From Flavobacteriales bacterium (GTDB lineage Bacteria > Bacteroidota > Bacteroidia > Flavobacteriales_F > PHOS-HE28), in the NCBI GenBank assembly GCA_046595075.1, contig JBKJPT010000164.1, positions 4,216-68,215 on the forward strand: a stretch of 64,000 nt of DNA, read 5' to 3'. Below, piece after piece: positions 40,396 to 49,474 of the stretch (the first letter of the stretch is position 1; each line of letters opens with the position of its first letter). Made by a program: the position numbers and the translations under genes. The notes below the pieces were generated by a model. The model was not told the DNA's origin, ran no database searches, and saw only the letters and a program-made list of their open reading frames with translations.

Positions 40396-40854
40396 ATGGA
40401 GAAACTGGCTCGTGAGCTTAAACGCTTGCGCGAGAACAAGGCATTGCCGCAGGAAGCGGTAGCCGAAGGCATTCACCTTTCACAAACAGGCTATTTGCAT
40501 TACGAGAAGGGGCGGGTAATTCCGCCGCTGTATCGCCTGCAAGCCTTGGCGCTTTTCCATTGTTGTAACGTGCTGTCGTTGATCCGGTGCCTGCCCAGGA
40601 AGAAACGCCTTGCCTATGAAAGGCAACTGCGCGCCCAAGGACCCAAGGATCTCCATAGCCCTACGCCCGTTGGTTCTGCTGCGCCATTGGGCGAGCAGGG
40701 CCGCATGTACCGCTTGGAACAAAAGATCGATGCCGTGTACGCGATCGTCCGCCAAAAATTGGGGGGGGGGGGGGGTGTGAGTAAACCCATTCTAGGACCA
40801 AGCCATCTCGTGCATCTGGTCCTTGCTGCAAGCACGCGACACCTGAACGCCTAG
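40396..40854 (+). CDS. XRE-family helix-turn-helix transcriptional regulator
   Basis: MEKLARELKRLRENKALPQEAVAEGIHLSQTGYLHYEKG is an HTH_XRE (Cro/C1) motif. About 153 aa. Divergent from the giant T9SS gene. Contains a G15 homopolymer encoding LGGGGG near the C-terminus. Confidence 0.65.
   Translation: MEKLARELKRLRENKALPQEAVAEGIHLSQTGYLHYEKGRVIPPLYRLQALALFHCCNVLSLIRCLPRKKRLAYERQLRAQGPKDLHSPTPVGSAAPLGEQGRMYRLEQKIDAVYAIVRQKLGGGGGVSKPILGPSHLVHLVLAASTRHLNA
40761..40775 (+). repeat. 15-nt poly-G homopolymer inside the XRE regulator coding sequence
   Basis: Read directly: ...gccaaaaatt gggggggggg ggggg tgtgagtaaa... It is in frame as L-G-G-G-G-G. Confidence 0.9.
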
Positions 40855-40879
40855 AAGCCGACCTTACGGGGTCGGCTTC
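40854..40879. terminator. bidirectional terminator-like hairpin between convergent genes
   Basis: gaagccgacc ttacgg ggtcggcttc: perfect 10-bp stem and 6-nt loop, immediately after the XRE stop (tag 40852-54) and downstream of the minus-strand TonB-C gene. Confidence 0.5.
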
Positions 40880-40906
40880 GCAGCTATTGGTGTATTTGGT
40901 GTGGTT

Positions 40907-41602
40907 CTAGAACTGGACCGGCACACGCATTTGCACGCGCACGGGGCGGCCTTGCTCGGCGCCGGGTTGCCAGGGTGAAGTAGCCTTCACGGCTTCCACC
41001 AGCTGGTCTTCGAAAACACTGTTCTTGCCATCGATCACGCGCACATCGGTGAGTTCACCGTTCTTCTCCACCACAAAACTCGCCATCACTTCGCCCTTCA
41101 GCTTGTCGCCGTTGATCGGGCTCACTTTCTCGCGCAGGTGCCGTACGAACGCACGCTCATCACCGCCGGGGTACCGGGGCATGGCTTGCGCACGCGTGTG
41201 TATGATGTTGGCGAGCGGCTCGGGGTCGTAGATCTTTTCTGCAAGGGCACCACCCCACACATCGAAACGTTCCCATATGCCGGTCTTGTTACCGTCCGCG
41301 TAGTTTCCCCGACTTTCCACCTTGCCGTTTGCGTGGTAGTATGTGAAGAGTCCATTGGGTAGCGTGAGAGCGGCATCCTGGTAGTGGCCTTCGGCCTTCA
41401 GCTTGCCCTCCACGGTGTAGATCTTCCCGATGTACAGTTCGCCGTCCTTGCCTTCGTTCACCCGGTAGTACTTCGCCTTCTTCACTGTGGTGCTGGCAAG
41501 CACTTCGTCAAGGTGCTGTCGTTCGCCGCCATCCTGCGCCATGGCAGGTGCTAGGCACAAGAAGAACGCCACAGGAATGAAGAGGAACTTGGTGATCGGC
41601 AC
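40907..41602 (-). CDS. TonB C-terminal-domain protein with MORN/YwqK-like repeats (periplasmic)
   Basis: Signal peptide MPITKFLFIPVAFFLCLAPAMAQ. Repeats (GKIYTVEGKLKAEGHY..., YYHANGKVESRGNYADGNKTGIW). C-terminal TonB-C-like domain (PRYPGGDERAFVRHLREKV...GEVMASFVVEKNGELTDVRVI...). Confidence 0.6.
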   Translation of the reverse strand: MPITKFLFIPVAFFLCLAPAMAQDGGERQHLDEVLASTTVKKAKYYRVNEGKDGELYIGKIYTVEGKLKAEGHYQDAALTLPNGLFTYYHANGKVESRGNYADGNKTGIWERFDVWGGALAEKIYDPEPLANIIHTRAQAMPRYPGGDERAFVRHLREKVSPINGDKLKGEVMASFVVEKNGELTDVRVIDGKNSVFEDQLVEAVKATSPWQPGAEQGRPVRVQMRVPVQF

Positions 41603-41665
41603 GGATCGATGGGTCGCTGGTCGGCCCCCTCGAACGGGCGATCACCGCTTTGGGTTACGCGGTGC

Positions 41666-43204
41666 TCAACCGGCCCATCCCTCGCGGTCCAAGCTGCGAT
41701 ACTGGATCGCTTCGGCGAGGTGCTCGGTGCGAATGTCCGGGCTGCCCACCATATCGGCCACGGTGCGCGCCACCTTTAGGATGCGATCATAAGCGCGTGC
41801 GCTAAGGCCGAGGCGGTCCATGGCCTTCTCCAACAGCGCCGTGCCGATGGCATCGATGCGGCAGATCTCGCGCAGTTCCTTGCTGCCTATCTGCGCATTG
41901 CAGTGTATGGCTTTGCCCGCGTACCGATCCTGTTGCACGCGCCGTGCGGTGATCACCCGCTCGCGCATGTCGACGCTCTTTTCGGCCTGTCGCTCGGCGC
42001 TCAGCTCCGCAAAGGGCACAGGTGTTACTTCGATATGGATGTCGATGCGATCGAGAAGCGGACCGCTCACCTTGTTCAGGTACTTCTGCACCACACCCGG
42101 CGCGCATACGCACTTCTTGTCCGGGTGATTGTAGTAACCACAGGGGCAAGGGTTCATGGCGGCGACCAACATGAAACTGGCCGGGTATTCCACTGAGAAC
42201 TTGGCCCGACTGATCGTGATCACGCGATCCTCCAGCGGTTGTCGTAACACCTCCAAGACCTGCCGTTTGAATTCCGGCAGTTCGTCCAGGAAGAGCACGC
42301 CGTTGTGTGCAAGGCTGATCTCGCCCGGCTGCGGAAATGATCCACCACCCACGAGTGCCACATCGCTGATCGTGTGGTGCGGCGATCGGTAGGGCCGCAC
42401 GCTCAGCAGACTGTCATCCTTGCGCAGTTTGCCGGCAACGCTGTGGATCTTGGTGGTCTCCAACGCCTCTTCGATCGTGAGTGGCGGAAGAATGGTAGGC
42501 AAGCGCTTTGCGAGCATGGTCTTGCCGGAACCAGGCGGACCGATGAGAATGATGTTGTGGCCACCGGCAGCGGCGATCTCGAACGCGCGCTTGATGTTCT
42601 CCTGCCCCTTCACGTCAGCGATGTCCACTGGATAACTGCGACTACTGTTGGCGAACTCCGCTTCGATGTCCACCGTGGTGGGCTGCACGGTTCCTTCGCC
42701 TTTCATGAGCGCCACCACTTCGGTGAGATGCTCCACACCGTAAACGGCCAGTCCGTTCACGATGGCTGCTTCGCGTGCGTTGGCCGCTGGCAGGATGATC
42801 CCCTTGAAGCCTTGCTTCTTCGCTTCCAATGCAATGGGCAGTGCGCCCTTTATCGGCCGCACGCCACCATCGAGCGAGAGCTCGCCCATGACGAGGTGCG
42901 TCTCCAACAGTTCGGCAGGTGCTTGTTCGGTGGCGGCGAGGAGGCCCACGGCCAATGGCAGGTCGTAGGCGGTGCCTTCCTTTCGGATATCGGCAGGTGC
43001 TAGGTTGATGGTGATGCCCTTGCCGCGCGGCATAGAGAAGCCGTTGTTGCGCAGCGCGGCATCCATGCGTTGCTGGCTCTCCTTCACAGCGCTATCGGGC
43101 AGACCCACGATCATGAAGAAGGCGCCCACCTCCACGTTGACCTCGGCGGTGACGATGGTGGCGTTGATACCGAAGACCGCGCTGCCGAATACCTTGACGA
43201 GCAT
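41666..43204 (-). CDS. comM: YifB/ComM-family Mg-chelatase-like AAA+ ATPase
   Basis: 512 aa. N-terminal Lon-protease-like domain. Walker A motif GPPGSGKTMLAKRLPTILPPL. C-terminal Mg-chelatase domain. Confidence 0.85.
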   Translation of the reverse strand: MLVKVFGSAVFGINATIVTAEVNVEVGAFFMIVGLPDSAVKESQQRMDAALRNNGFSMPRGKGITINLAPADIRKEGTAYDLPLAVGLLAATEQAPAELLETHLVMGELSLDGGVRPIKGALPIALEAKKQGFKGIILPAANAREAAIVNGLAVYGVEHLTEVVALMKGEGTVQPTTVDIEAEFANSSRSYPVDIADVKGQENIKRAFEIAAAGGHNIILIGPPGSGKTMLAKRLPTILPPLTIEEALETTKIHSVAGKLRKDDSLLSVRPYRSPHHTISDVALVGGGSFPQPGEISLAHNGVLFLDELPEFKRQVLEVLRQPLEDRVITISRAKFSVEYPASFMLVAAMNPCPCGYYNHPDKKCVCAPGVVQKYLNKVSGPLLDRIDIHIEVTPVPFAELSAERQAEKSVDMRERVITARRVQQDRYAGKAIHCNAQIGSKELREICRIDAIGTALLEKAMDRLGLSARAYDRILKVARTVADMVGSPDIRTEHLAEAIQYRSLDREGWAG

Positions 43205-43207
43205 GGC

Positions 43208-43807
43208 TCAGTAGCGGTCCATGCGTTGTGGTGCCGCCATATCGCGCTCGATGTGATCGATCAACGCGTGGATCACTTTGATGTGCACTTCCTGCACACG
43301 GTCAGCATAGCCATCATGTGGCACGCGCACTTCCACGGTGCAAAGCGCAGCGAGTTTGCCACCGTCCTTGCCGGTGAGGCCGATAACGTGCATGTTCTTC
43401 GCCCGCGCCGCTTCGGCCGCGCGCAAGACGTTCGGGCTGTTCCCGCTGGTGCTGATCGCCAAAAGCACATCACCCTCCTTGCCATGTGCTTGCACAAAAC
43501 GCGCAAAGACCTGTTCGAAGCCATGATCGTTGCCCACGCACGTGAGGTGACCGGGGTCGCTGATGCTGATCGCTGCAATAGGCTCGCGATCCTCACGGAA
43601 GCGGCCGGTGAGCTCCTCAGCGAAGTGCATGGCATCGCACATGCTACCGCCGTTGCCGCAGCTGATCACCTTGGCACCCTGCTTCAGGCAATAGCTCATG
43701 AAGGCAGCGGCCTGTTCCACGGCGGCGATGTTGGCCGGATCGGCCATGAAACGCCCGAGTACCTCGGCGGCTTCGGTGAAATGCAGACGGACGCGGTCGG
43801 TGCTCAT
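43208..43807 (-). CDS. gmhA: SIS-domain phosphoheptose isomerase (D-sedoheptulose 7-phosphate isomerase)
   Basis: 199 aa. [20 protein letters not shown] and [14 protein letters not shown] are GmhA/DiaA SIS motifs. Confidence 0.75.
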   Translation of the reverse strand: MSTDRVRLHFTEAAEVLGRFMADPANIAAVEQAAAFMSYCLKQGAKVISCGNGGSMCDAMHFAEELTGRFREDREPIAAISISDPGHLTCVGNDHGFEQVFARFVQAHGKEGDVLLAISTSGNSPNVLRAAEAARAKNMHVIGLTGKDGGKLAALCTVEVRVPHDGYADRVQEVHIKVIHALIDHIERDMAAPQRMDRY

Positions 43808-43857
43808 GGGGGAAGAGCGAAGATCGCCTTTTGGCGGAATGGGTAACGATGCAACAA

Positions 43858-45930
43858 CTACTCTTTGCGGCTCGCCTCGGCCTCCAACAGCTGCATGCCC
43901 TTGATGCCGCGTTCCAAGAAAGCCTTGTACTCGTCCACATCGGGCGTGTAGCCCACGGGGTCGGTGAGTAGTTTGCCATCGGGGCTCAGCAGCACGTAAA
44001 GCGGTTGGCTAACGCTGCCGAAGGATTCGCTTTGTAAGGTGGCCCAACGGTTTCCTTCGGTCACGATCAATTTCTTCTGGCCGCGGCAACTGATGTACAC
44101 ATGTTGATCCGCCACAGGTAGCTCGCGCTTGTCATCCACATAGAGGGACACCAGCACGTAGTGGTCCTGCAAGGTCTTTAGTATCTCCGGTTCGCTCCAC
44201 ACAGTCTCCTCCATCTTGCGGCAGTTCACGCACGCCCAGCCGGTATTGTCGATCAACATGGGTTTGCCGCTCGCCGTTGCGGCCTTCATGCCTTCTTCCA
44301 AACTGTGATGACAGACGAGTCCAAGTGGGCATTCGGTCTCCTGATGATAGTAGCTATAGAAGAGCGGCGGCGGGAAGCCGCTCAAGAGCTTTAGGTTGCG
44401 CCATGGCCCGTTGGTAAGGCCGGGGATCAAGTAGGCCACAAAGAGCACGGCGATCAAACCTAAACCCAAGCGCATCGGAGCCAGTCTCTTCAGCGGGCTA
44501 TCATGTGGGAAACGGATGAGGCCAAAGAGGTAGAGCGCAAGTCCTGCGCCGATGACGATCCACAGGCCAATGAAGAGTTCACGTTTGAGAAGGCCCCAGT
44601 TGAGCACCAGATCAGCATTGCTGAAGAACTTGATCGCCAATGCAAGTTCAACGAAACCAAGAACCACCTTCACAGTATTGAGCCAACTACCGCTGCGCGG
44701 GAGGCTATTGAGCCATTGTGGGAACAACGCAAAGAGCCCGAATGGCAATGCAAGAGCGAGGCCGAAGCCACCCATGCCTGCTGTGAGCTGCCATGCACCA
44801 CCATCAGCGGTGAGTGCCCCGGCGAGCAATGAGCCAAGTATGGGACCCGTGCAACTGAACGAGACCAGCGCGAGGGTGGAGGCCATGAAGAAGATGCCGA
44901 TCATACCACCGAACTTGCTGGCATTCTGATCCATTCGGTTCACCCAACTGCTTGGCAGCGTTATCTCGAAGTAGCCGAAGAAAGAGATCGCGAAGACGAT
45001 GAAGATGACGAAGAAGAAGATGTTGAGCCAAGGGTTCGTACTGATCTCATTGAAGATCTCGTCGTTCACCGAACCGAGCACATGGAACGGGACACTGAAA
45101 ATGAGGTAGATGCCGAGGATGAAGCCCGCGTAAATGATCGCGTTCTTCAATCCCTTTTTAGGGTCCTCACTGCCCTTTGTAAAGAAGCTCACCGTAAGCG
45201 GGATCATAGGGAATACACAGGGCGTAAGCAGCGCGAGCAAGCCGCCCACGAAACCAAGGAGAAAGAGCATCCACAAGCTGCTCCTCTTGTGGTCTTCCCG
45301 CTCGCCGGGCACAACGGGCTTATCCAGGTCCACATTAGGGATCCGGTAAACACCATCTGCACAGCTCACCACCTTGTAAGCACTCAGATCGAAGGGCACG
45401 AAGCTGAGCCGGAAGGTGCCACTGTCCGGGTTCATCTGATAGAAAATCTTGGCAGGGGGAAGGCAAGTCTCGTCATTGCACGTCATGTACTCGAACACGC
45501 CCGACAGTGGGATCTCCGGAGCAAGTAGCTCCACCTTTCGCTCGAAATCGACATCATGCTTGAACTTGCGTACCTCCATATCAAACACCGGATCGACACC
45601 CTCGATGCTATGGGTACTCACCTCTTCAACCCCATCATGGACCACCACATGGACGAGCGTGTCGAAGAGGAAGGAACTGGGCCATGGGCCCATGTCGCCG
45701 AAGTTCTCGGTACTGTATACTGACCACCCGTCGTCGATCTCGGCATGGAATGAGATCTTCCACAGATCTCCATCGAGCGGGGTGGCGATAACGGCCCACG
45801 CAACACGATCATTCTCCGGGTCCACCTTGATCGCACGTTCATCCCGCACCTGCTCGTTGCCACAGCCTCTGACCATAAGCAATGCAGCGACAGCAACCAC
45901 AAATACCCCACCCCAGATCGCTCGCTTCAT
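43858..45930 (-). CDS. dsbD: protein-disulfide reductase DsbD (N-terminal alpha domain + TM core + C-terminal thioredoxin domain)
   Basis: N-terminal domain with [14 protein letters not shown]. Central multi-TM region. C-terminal thioredoxin-like domain with [13 protein letters not shown] (CxxC). The likely start is MKRAIWGG (about 45930); the track ORF starts at 45987. Confidence 0.8.
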   Translation of the reverse strand: MKRAIWGGVFVVAVAALLMVRGCGNEQVRDERAIKVDPENDRVAWAVIATPLDGDLWKISFHAEIDDGWSVYSTENFGDMGPWPSSFLFDTLVHVVVHDGVEEVSTHSIEGVDPVFDMEVRKFKHDVDFERKVELLAPEIPLSGVFEYMTCNDETCLPPAKIFYQMNPDSGTFRLSFVPFDLSAYKVVSCADGVYRIPNVDLDKPVVPGEREDHKRSSLWMLFLLGFVGGLLALLTPCVFPMIPLTVSFFTKGSEDPKKGLKNAIIYAGFILGIYLIFSVPFHVLGSVNDEIFNEISTNPWLNIFFFVIFIVFAISFFGYFEITLPSSWVNRMDQNASKFGGMIGIFFMASTLALVSFSCTGPILGSLLAGALTADGGAWQLTAGMGGFGLALALPFGLFALFPQWLNSLPRSGSWLNTVKVVLGFVELALAIKFFSNADLVLNWGLLKRELFIGLWIVIGAGLALYLFGLIRFPHDSPLKRLAPMRLGLGLIAVLFVAYLIPGLTNGPWRNLKLLSGFPPPLFYSYYHQETECPLGLVCHHSLEEGMKAATASGKPMLIDNTGWACVNCRKMEETVWSEPEILKTLQDHYVLVSLYVDDKRELPVADQHVYISCRGQKKLIVTEGNRWATLQSESFGSVSQPLYVLLSPDGKLLTDPVGYTPDVDEYKAFLERGIKGMQLLEAEASRKE

Positions 45931-46379
45931 TTCGTCTTCGCTGGTGTTACGGTGATCTTGAACGGCACGGCCACGGGAGGAAGACACGTATTGCCGTTGC
46001 AGGTCATGTATTCCACTTCGCCTTCCACCGTGAACTCACCTTTCACGGCCGGTTTCACCGTGAGCGTGAAGCGCGGTTCGCCGCTGTGATAGCGCACTTG
46101 TACACCGAAGTTCTCATCGTATTCCTCTATGGGTGCAGGCTCCACCAACGCACCAATGGCCATGTATTCCCGCGAAGGGGTGAACCGGAAGATGGTTGGC
46201 AATGGACCCACATCGCTGGGTAGTTCGGTGGCGTACAAATGCCAGCCCTCTTCCATGTGCGCGATGATCTCCACACGCACACTACCATCAGCCGCTACCA
46301 TCGCAGAGGTGGTCCAGGTAACGGGACTAGATGGCACTGGACCGGAAAGCAGACCCAAGAGGGGGAGAAGGATGTTCAT
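45927..46379 (-). CDS. stand-alone DsbD N-terminal (alpha) domain protein, paralog of the dsbD N-terminus
   Basis: 150 aa, signal peptide MNILLPLLGLLSG. GWHLYATELPSD...EVEYMTCNGNTCLPPVAVPF parallels the DsbD N-domain [12 protein letters not shown]...[18 protein letters not shown]. Confidence 0.7.
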   Translation of the reverse strand: MNILLPLLGLLSGPVPSSPVTWTTSAMVAADGSVRVEIIAHMEEGWHLYATELPSDVGPLPTIFRFTPSREYMAIGALVEPAPIEEYDENFGVQVRYHSGEPRFTLTVKPAVKGEFTVEGEVEYMTCNGNTCLPPVAVPFKITVTPAKTK

Positions 46380-46456
46380 GCGTGATCGGGTCGCGAAACT
46401 AACCAGCCCCTTACACCGGGTAGCCGGGACGCTTCAATGATCCTAGGGATCCTGCC

Positions 46457-46780
46457 CTATTGGGGAAAGTCGATGGCCACCACACGCGCCACGGGAATGG
46501 ACATACCATGCTTTAGCACGATGTACTCCGGGTCGTATGCCCAGATCGTGGTTTCCACGGCCTTCAGCCCTTCATCGTCCTGGAATATGATACGGCACTT
46601 GCCATGCTCGGCGTTGCCCAACTTGGTGGCCTGTTCCATCTTGAGCATGATATCGCGGTGCTCGACATCGCTCAGCGGAACCGGTTGGCGCGGGAAGCGA
46701 AGAGATGGTATGCGCTCCTTGGGGATCGTGGTGTGCAAAGCGGGCATGGCAAAAGGTATTGGGTGCCTGAAGATAGGCAT
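46457..46780 (-). CDS. hypothetical small protein
   Basis: About 95-107 aa with no confident family. Sits between the DsbD-alpha gene and tilS in the same orientation. Confidence 0.3.
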   Translation of the reverse strand: MPIFRHPIPFAMPALHTTIPKERIPSLRFPRQPVPLSDVEHRDIMLKMEQATKLGNAEHGKCRIIFQDDEGLKAVETTIWAYDPEYIVLKHGMSIPVARVVAIDFPQ

Positions 46781-46821
46781 GCACTAGCGAGAAACAAGCT
46801 CCTATGGAATAGGATCGATGC

Positions 46822-48150
46822 TCAACCGCACCGGATCCAGAGCACCGGGTCGGTGTCCTGCTCGATCTGAAAACCCTCACCGATCCGATGGCCAACCAGC
46901 CAAGCGATCACATTGCCGCTCACGAGCACATAGGTGCGATCCTTTTCGTGCAGGGGCACTTTGGCGTCTATGAGGATATCGCTGACGAGCTTGCTGCCAC
47001 CTAGTCCGATGGGCCGCATACGGTCTCCTTGGTGCCATGGCCGCAGCACCAAGGGGAACAAAAGGCAGCTGGCATTAAGCACCACTTCGTTCATGGTTCT
47101 TGGGATGCTGATCGGTCCATGGTCATGGAAACGCCACTCGAAGGGTCGGACCCTTCCCTGAAAACCAGCCAGATCGATCTCAACGACCTCGGGTGCGGAG
47201 TGGTCTTGTGTGATGAACAGATCGGTGCGATCCATTACTACGCGCACGCCTTCAGCGGTGAACTCGGTACCAGTGGCACGTTCGGCGATGGCGTTGTGAA
47301 CACGGTCGATCACATCGGGGTGGAAACCCCTGTTGCGCAGCAAGCTGTATAGCTGGATCCCACAATACGGCGATGACTCCAACTCGGCGAAAGGGATGCG
47401 CATGACCTTGTCCGGCTCCATACTGAAGCTCCGGATCATGTCGCCGAGAGCCCCGTTGCCCAAGCGCGCTAAGTCGCGCAACAAGCGCACTGATCGTGCC
47501 ATGGCGCGCGAGGCACCCGGGCGCAACTGATCGAGCAAGGGGATCACTTCGTGGCGGATGCGATTGCGCAAGTACTTGTCACTGGCGTTGCTGCTGTCTT
47601 CGCGGTATGCTACGTCATGCTCCTCCGCGTAAGCGAGCACATCGCTTCGGTGCACGCATAGCATAGGTCGCAAGTACCCGCCACTGACCGGCTGCATGCC
47701 TTGCCACCCAAAGGTTCCGGTCCCGCGCAAGAGATGCAGCAAGAGTGTTTCCACCGCATCATCGGCGTGGTGTGCAAGGGCGATCTTGTCAACGCCTATG
47801 CGTAGGGTCGTCTCTTCGAAGAACCCATAGCGCAGCTCGCGCGCTGCCATTTGCACGGAGATACCATGCGCGTGCATGAACGGCTCAACTTCTACTCGAC
47901 TCCAGTGGAACGGGATCCCCTCCCGGTTGCAATGTGCTTCAACAAATTCGCGATCCCCATCGCTTTCGGCACCACGCAAACCATGATCCACGTGCACTAC
48001 CGTGCACGCATGGCCGAGCTTGCGCAGCACGTGCAACAACACCATGCTGTCGACGCCGCCGCTAACGGCCACGATCACCGGTTCCATGGTGGAGAGCATG
48101 TGCTCCCGGCGGATATGGCGACCCACTTCATCAAGCATGGTGCAGTGCAT
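46822..48150 (-). CDS. tilS: tRNA(Ile)-lysidine synthetase
   Basis: PVIVAVSGGVDSMVLLHVL is the PP-loop SGGxDS motif. About 420-440 aa. The start is ambiguous (M at 48150, 48138 or 48099). Confidence 0.85.
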   Translation of the reverse strand: MHCTMLDEVGRHIRREHMLSTMEPVIVAVSGGVDSMVLLHVLRKLGHACTVVHVDHGLRGAESDGDREFVEAHCNREGIPFHWSRVEVEPFMHAHGISVQMAARELRYGFFEETTLRIGVDKIALAHHADDAVETLLLHLLRGTGTFGWQGMQPVSGGYLRPMLCVHRSDVLAYAEEHDVAYREDSSNASDKYLRNRIRHEVIPLLDQLRPGASRAMARSVRLLRDLARLGNGALGDMIRSFSMEPDKVMRIPFAELESSPYCGIQLYSLLRNRGFHPDVIDRVHNAIAERATGTEFTAEGVRVVMDRTDLFITQDHSAPEVVEIDLAGFQGRVRPFEWRFHDHGPISIPRTMNEVVLNASCLLFPLVLRPWHQGDRMRPIGLGGSKLVSDILIDAKVPLHEKDRTYVLVSGNVIAWLVGHRIGEGFQIEQDTDPVLWIRCG

Positions 48151-49363
48151 TGATCACCGATCGCGCTTTCAATCCGCACTCTTCCCACTCCAGCGCGGGA
48201 TCGCACTGGGCCGTTAGCGCGCTGCCTGTGGTGAGCGAAAGCTGCCCCGTTGCGGCATTGAAGAGTACTGTGCGGATCACCACGTTCAGATCGGCCCTGC
48301 CATCCGGAGCAAAGTAACCCAGCGTCCCACTGTACAGGCCACGTGAACGATCCTCCACAGCATCGATCAATTGCATGGCGCTGCGCTTGGGTGCGCCGGT
48401 CATGCTAGCCATGGGGAAAGCGGCCCGCACCACTTCGAAAGGCGTGCGACCTTCGGCTATCCGCGCGGAGACCGTGCTAACCATCTGGTGAACTTGCGGG
48501 AAGCTGCGCACCGCGCACAGTTCCTCCACCTGCACGCTGCGCATGGCGGCAACCTGCGAGAGATCGTGCCGCATGACATCCAGTGCCATGATGTTCTCGC
48601 TGCGTTCCTTCGGATCGTTCAGCAACTCATCGTGCAAGGCTTCATCCTCCGCCATGCTGCGGCCACGTGGTCGCGTACCCTTCATCGGCTCACCGATCAC
48701 GCGATCACCGCGAAAGGCCAGGAAGCGTTCGGGGCTCATGCATAACGCAAAGCGATCATCCATGCGATGGAACGCGGCGTAGGGCGCATCACTGGAGCGG
48801 ATCAGCTGAGCGAAGGCTGTGAAGGGGTCGAAACGCGGTTCCATAGATACACGCGTGATACAATAATTCACTTCGTAGGCATCGCCGCGTTGGATGTGTG
48901 CCATGAGACGAGCTGCGTGGTGCAGGTAATCTTCGCGGGTTGTGGTGCAGGTCCATTGGAGCCTTGCATTGGAAGTACTCGCGGGCGAAGGTGCTGCGAG
49001 TTTCGCAGCAAATGCCCGCGCAGCTTCTTCATCGCCGGGCATGGCGTGCAATACCGCCTCGTCCCGCTCCCACTCCACCACCCAGCGCGGCACCACCCAT
49101 CGCGAGAGCGGGAGGCCCCACGAAGACACGGACCTGCTCGTGAGGCCGTGCCAAGCATCCTTCAGATCATAGCACAGGTGGCCGAAGGTCCAATCGCGCA
49201 CCCGGCCATCGTCACCGAACACCGGATGGTCGGTGCTCTCCAGTTCGCCCACGCCCAGCACCGCAAGGCCTTCGCCTAACCTTCGGTAGAGGAAGCTGGT
49301 TTCGGATCGCAATGCTTCCGGCCGGAAAGCACCGATCCCGCCGAGCGGGATGCGCGTTCGCAT
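48131..49363 (-). CDS. pabB: aminodeoxychorismate synthase component I / chorismate-binding enzyme
   Basis: Chorismate-binding domain: ...GDAYEVNYCITRVSMEPRF..., ...PMKGTRPRG..., ...SGAPKRSAMQLIDAVE..., GLYSGTLGYFAPDG. I place the start at MRTRIPLGG (49363). The remainder of the 588-aa track ORF looks non-coding (Arg/Gly-rich junk). Confidence 0.7.
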   Translation of the reverse strand: MRTRIPLGGIGAFRPEALRSETSFLYRRLGEGLAVLGVGELESTDHPVFGDDGRVRDWTFGHLCYDLKDAWHGLTSRSVSSWGLPLSRWVVPRWVVEWERDEAVLHAMPGDEEAARAFAAKLAAPSPASTSNARLQWTCTTTREDYLHHAARLMAHIQRGDAYEVNYCITRVSMEPRFDPFTAFAQLIRSSDAPYAAFHRMDDRFALCMSPERFLAFRGDRVIGEPMKGTRPRGRSMAEDEALHDELLNDPKERSENIMALDVMRHDLSQVAAMRSVQVEELCAVRSFPQVHQMVSTVSARIAEGRTPFEVVRAAFPMASMTGAPKRSAMQLIDAVEDRSRGLYSGTLGYFAPDGRADLNVVIRTVLFNAATGQLSLTTGSALTAQCDPALEWEECGLKARSVINALHHA

Positions 49364-49474
49364 GATGGCGGCCAAGGTATCCCAGCCTCCCTTCCACGTG
49401 GATCCGCGGACCGATAACCGGCGGGCCACATTCCTTCGCCTATCTTTCGTCTTATAGACCAAGAGCAGCATTCG

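Noticed and set aside
40907-41602. Considered whether the MORN-repeat TonB-C protein is part of the T9SS accessory module
   Set aside because: It is separated from the module by a strong bidirectional hairpin and is convergently oriented. This protein architecture is common as a stand-alone gene in Bacteroidota.
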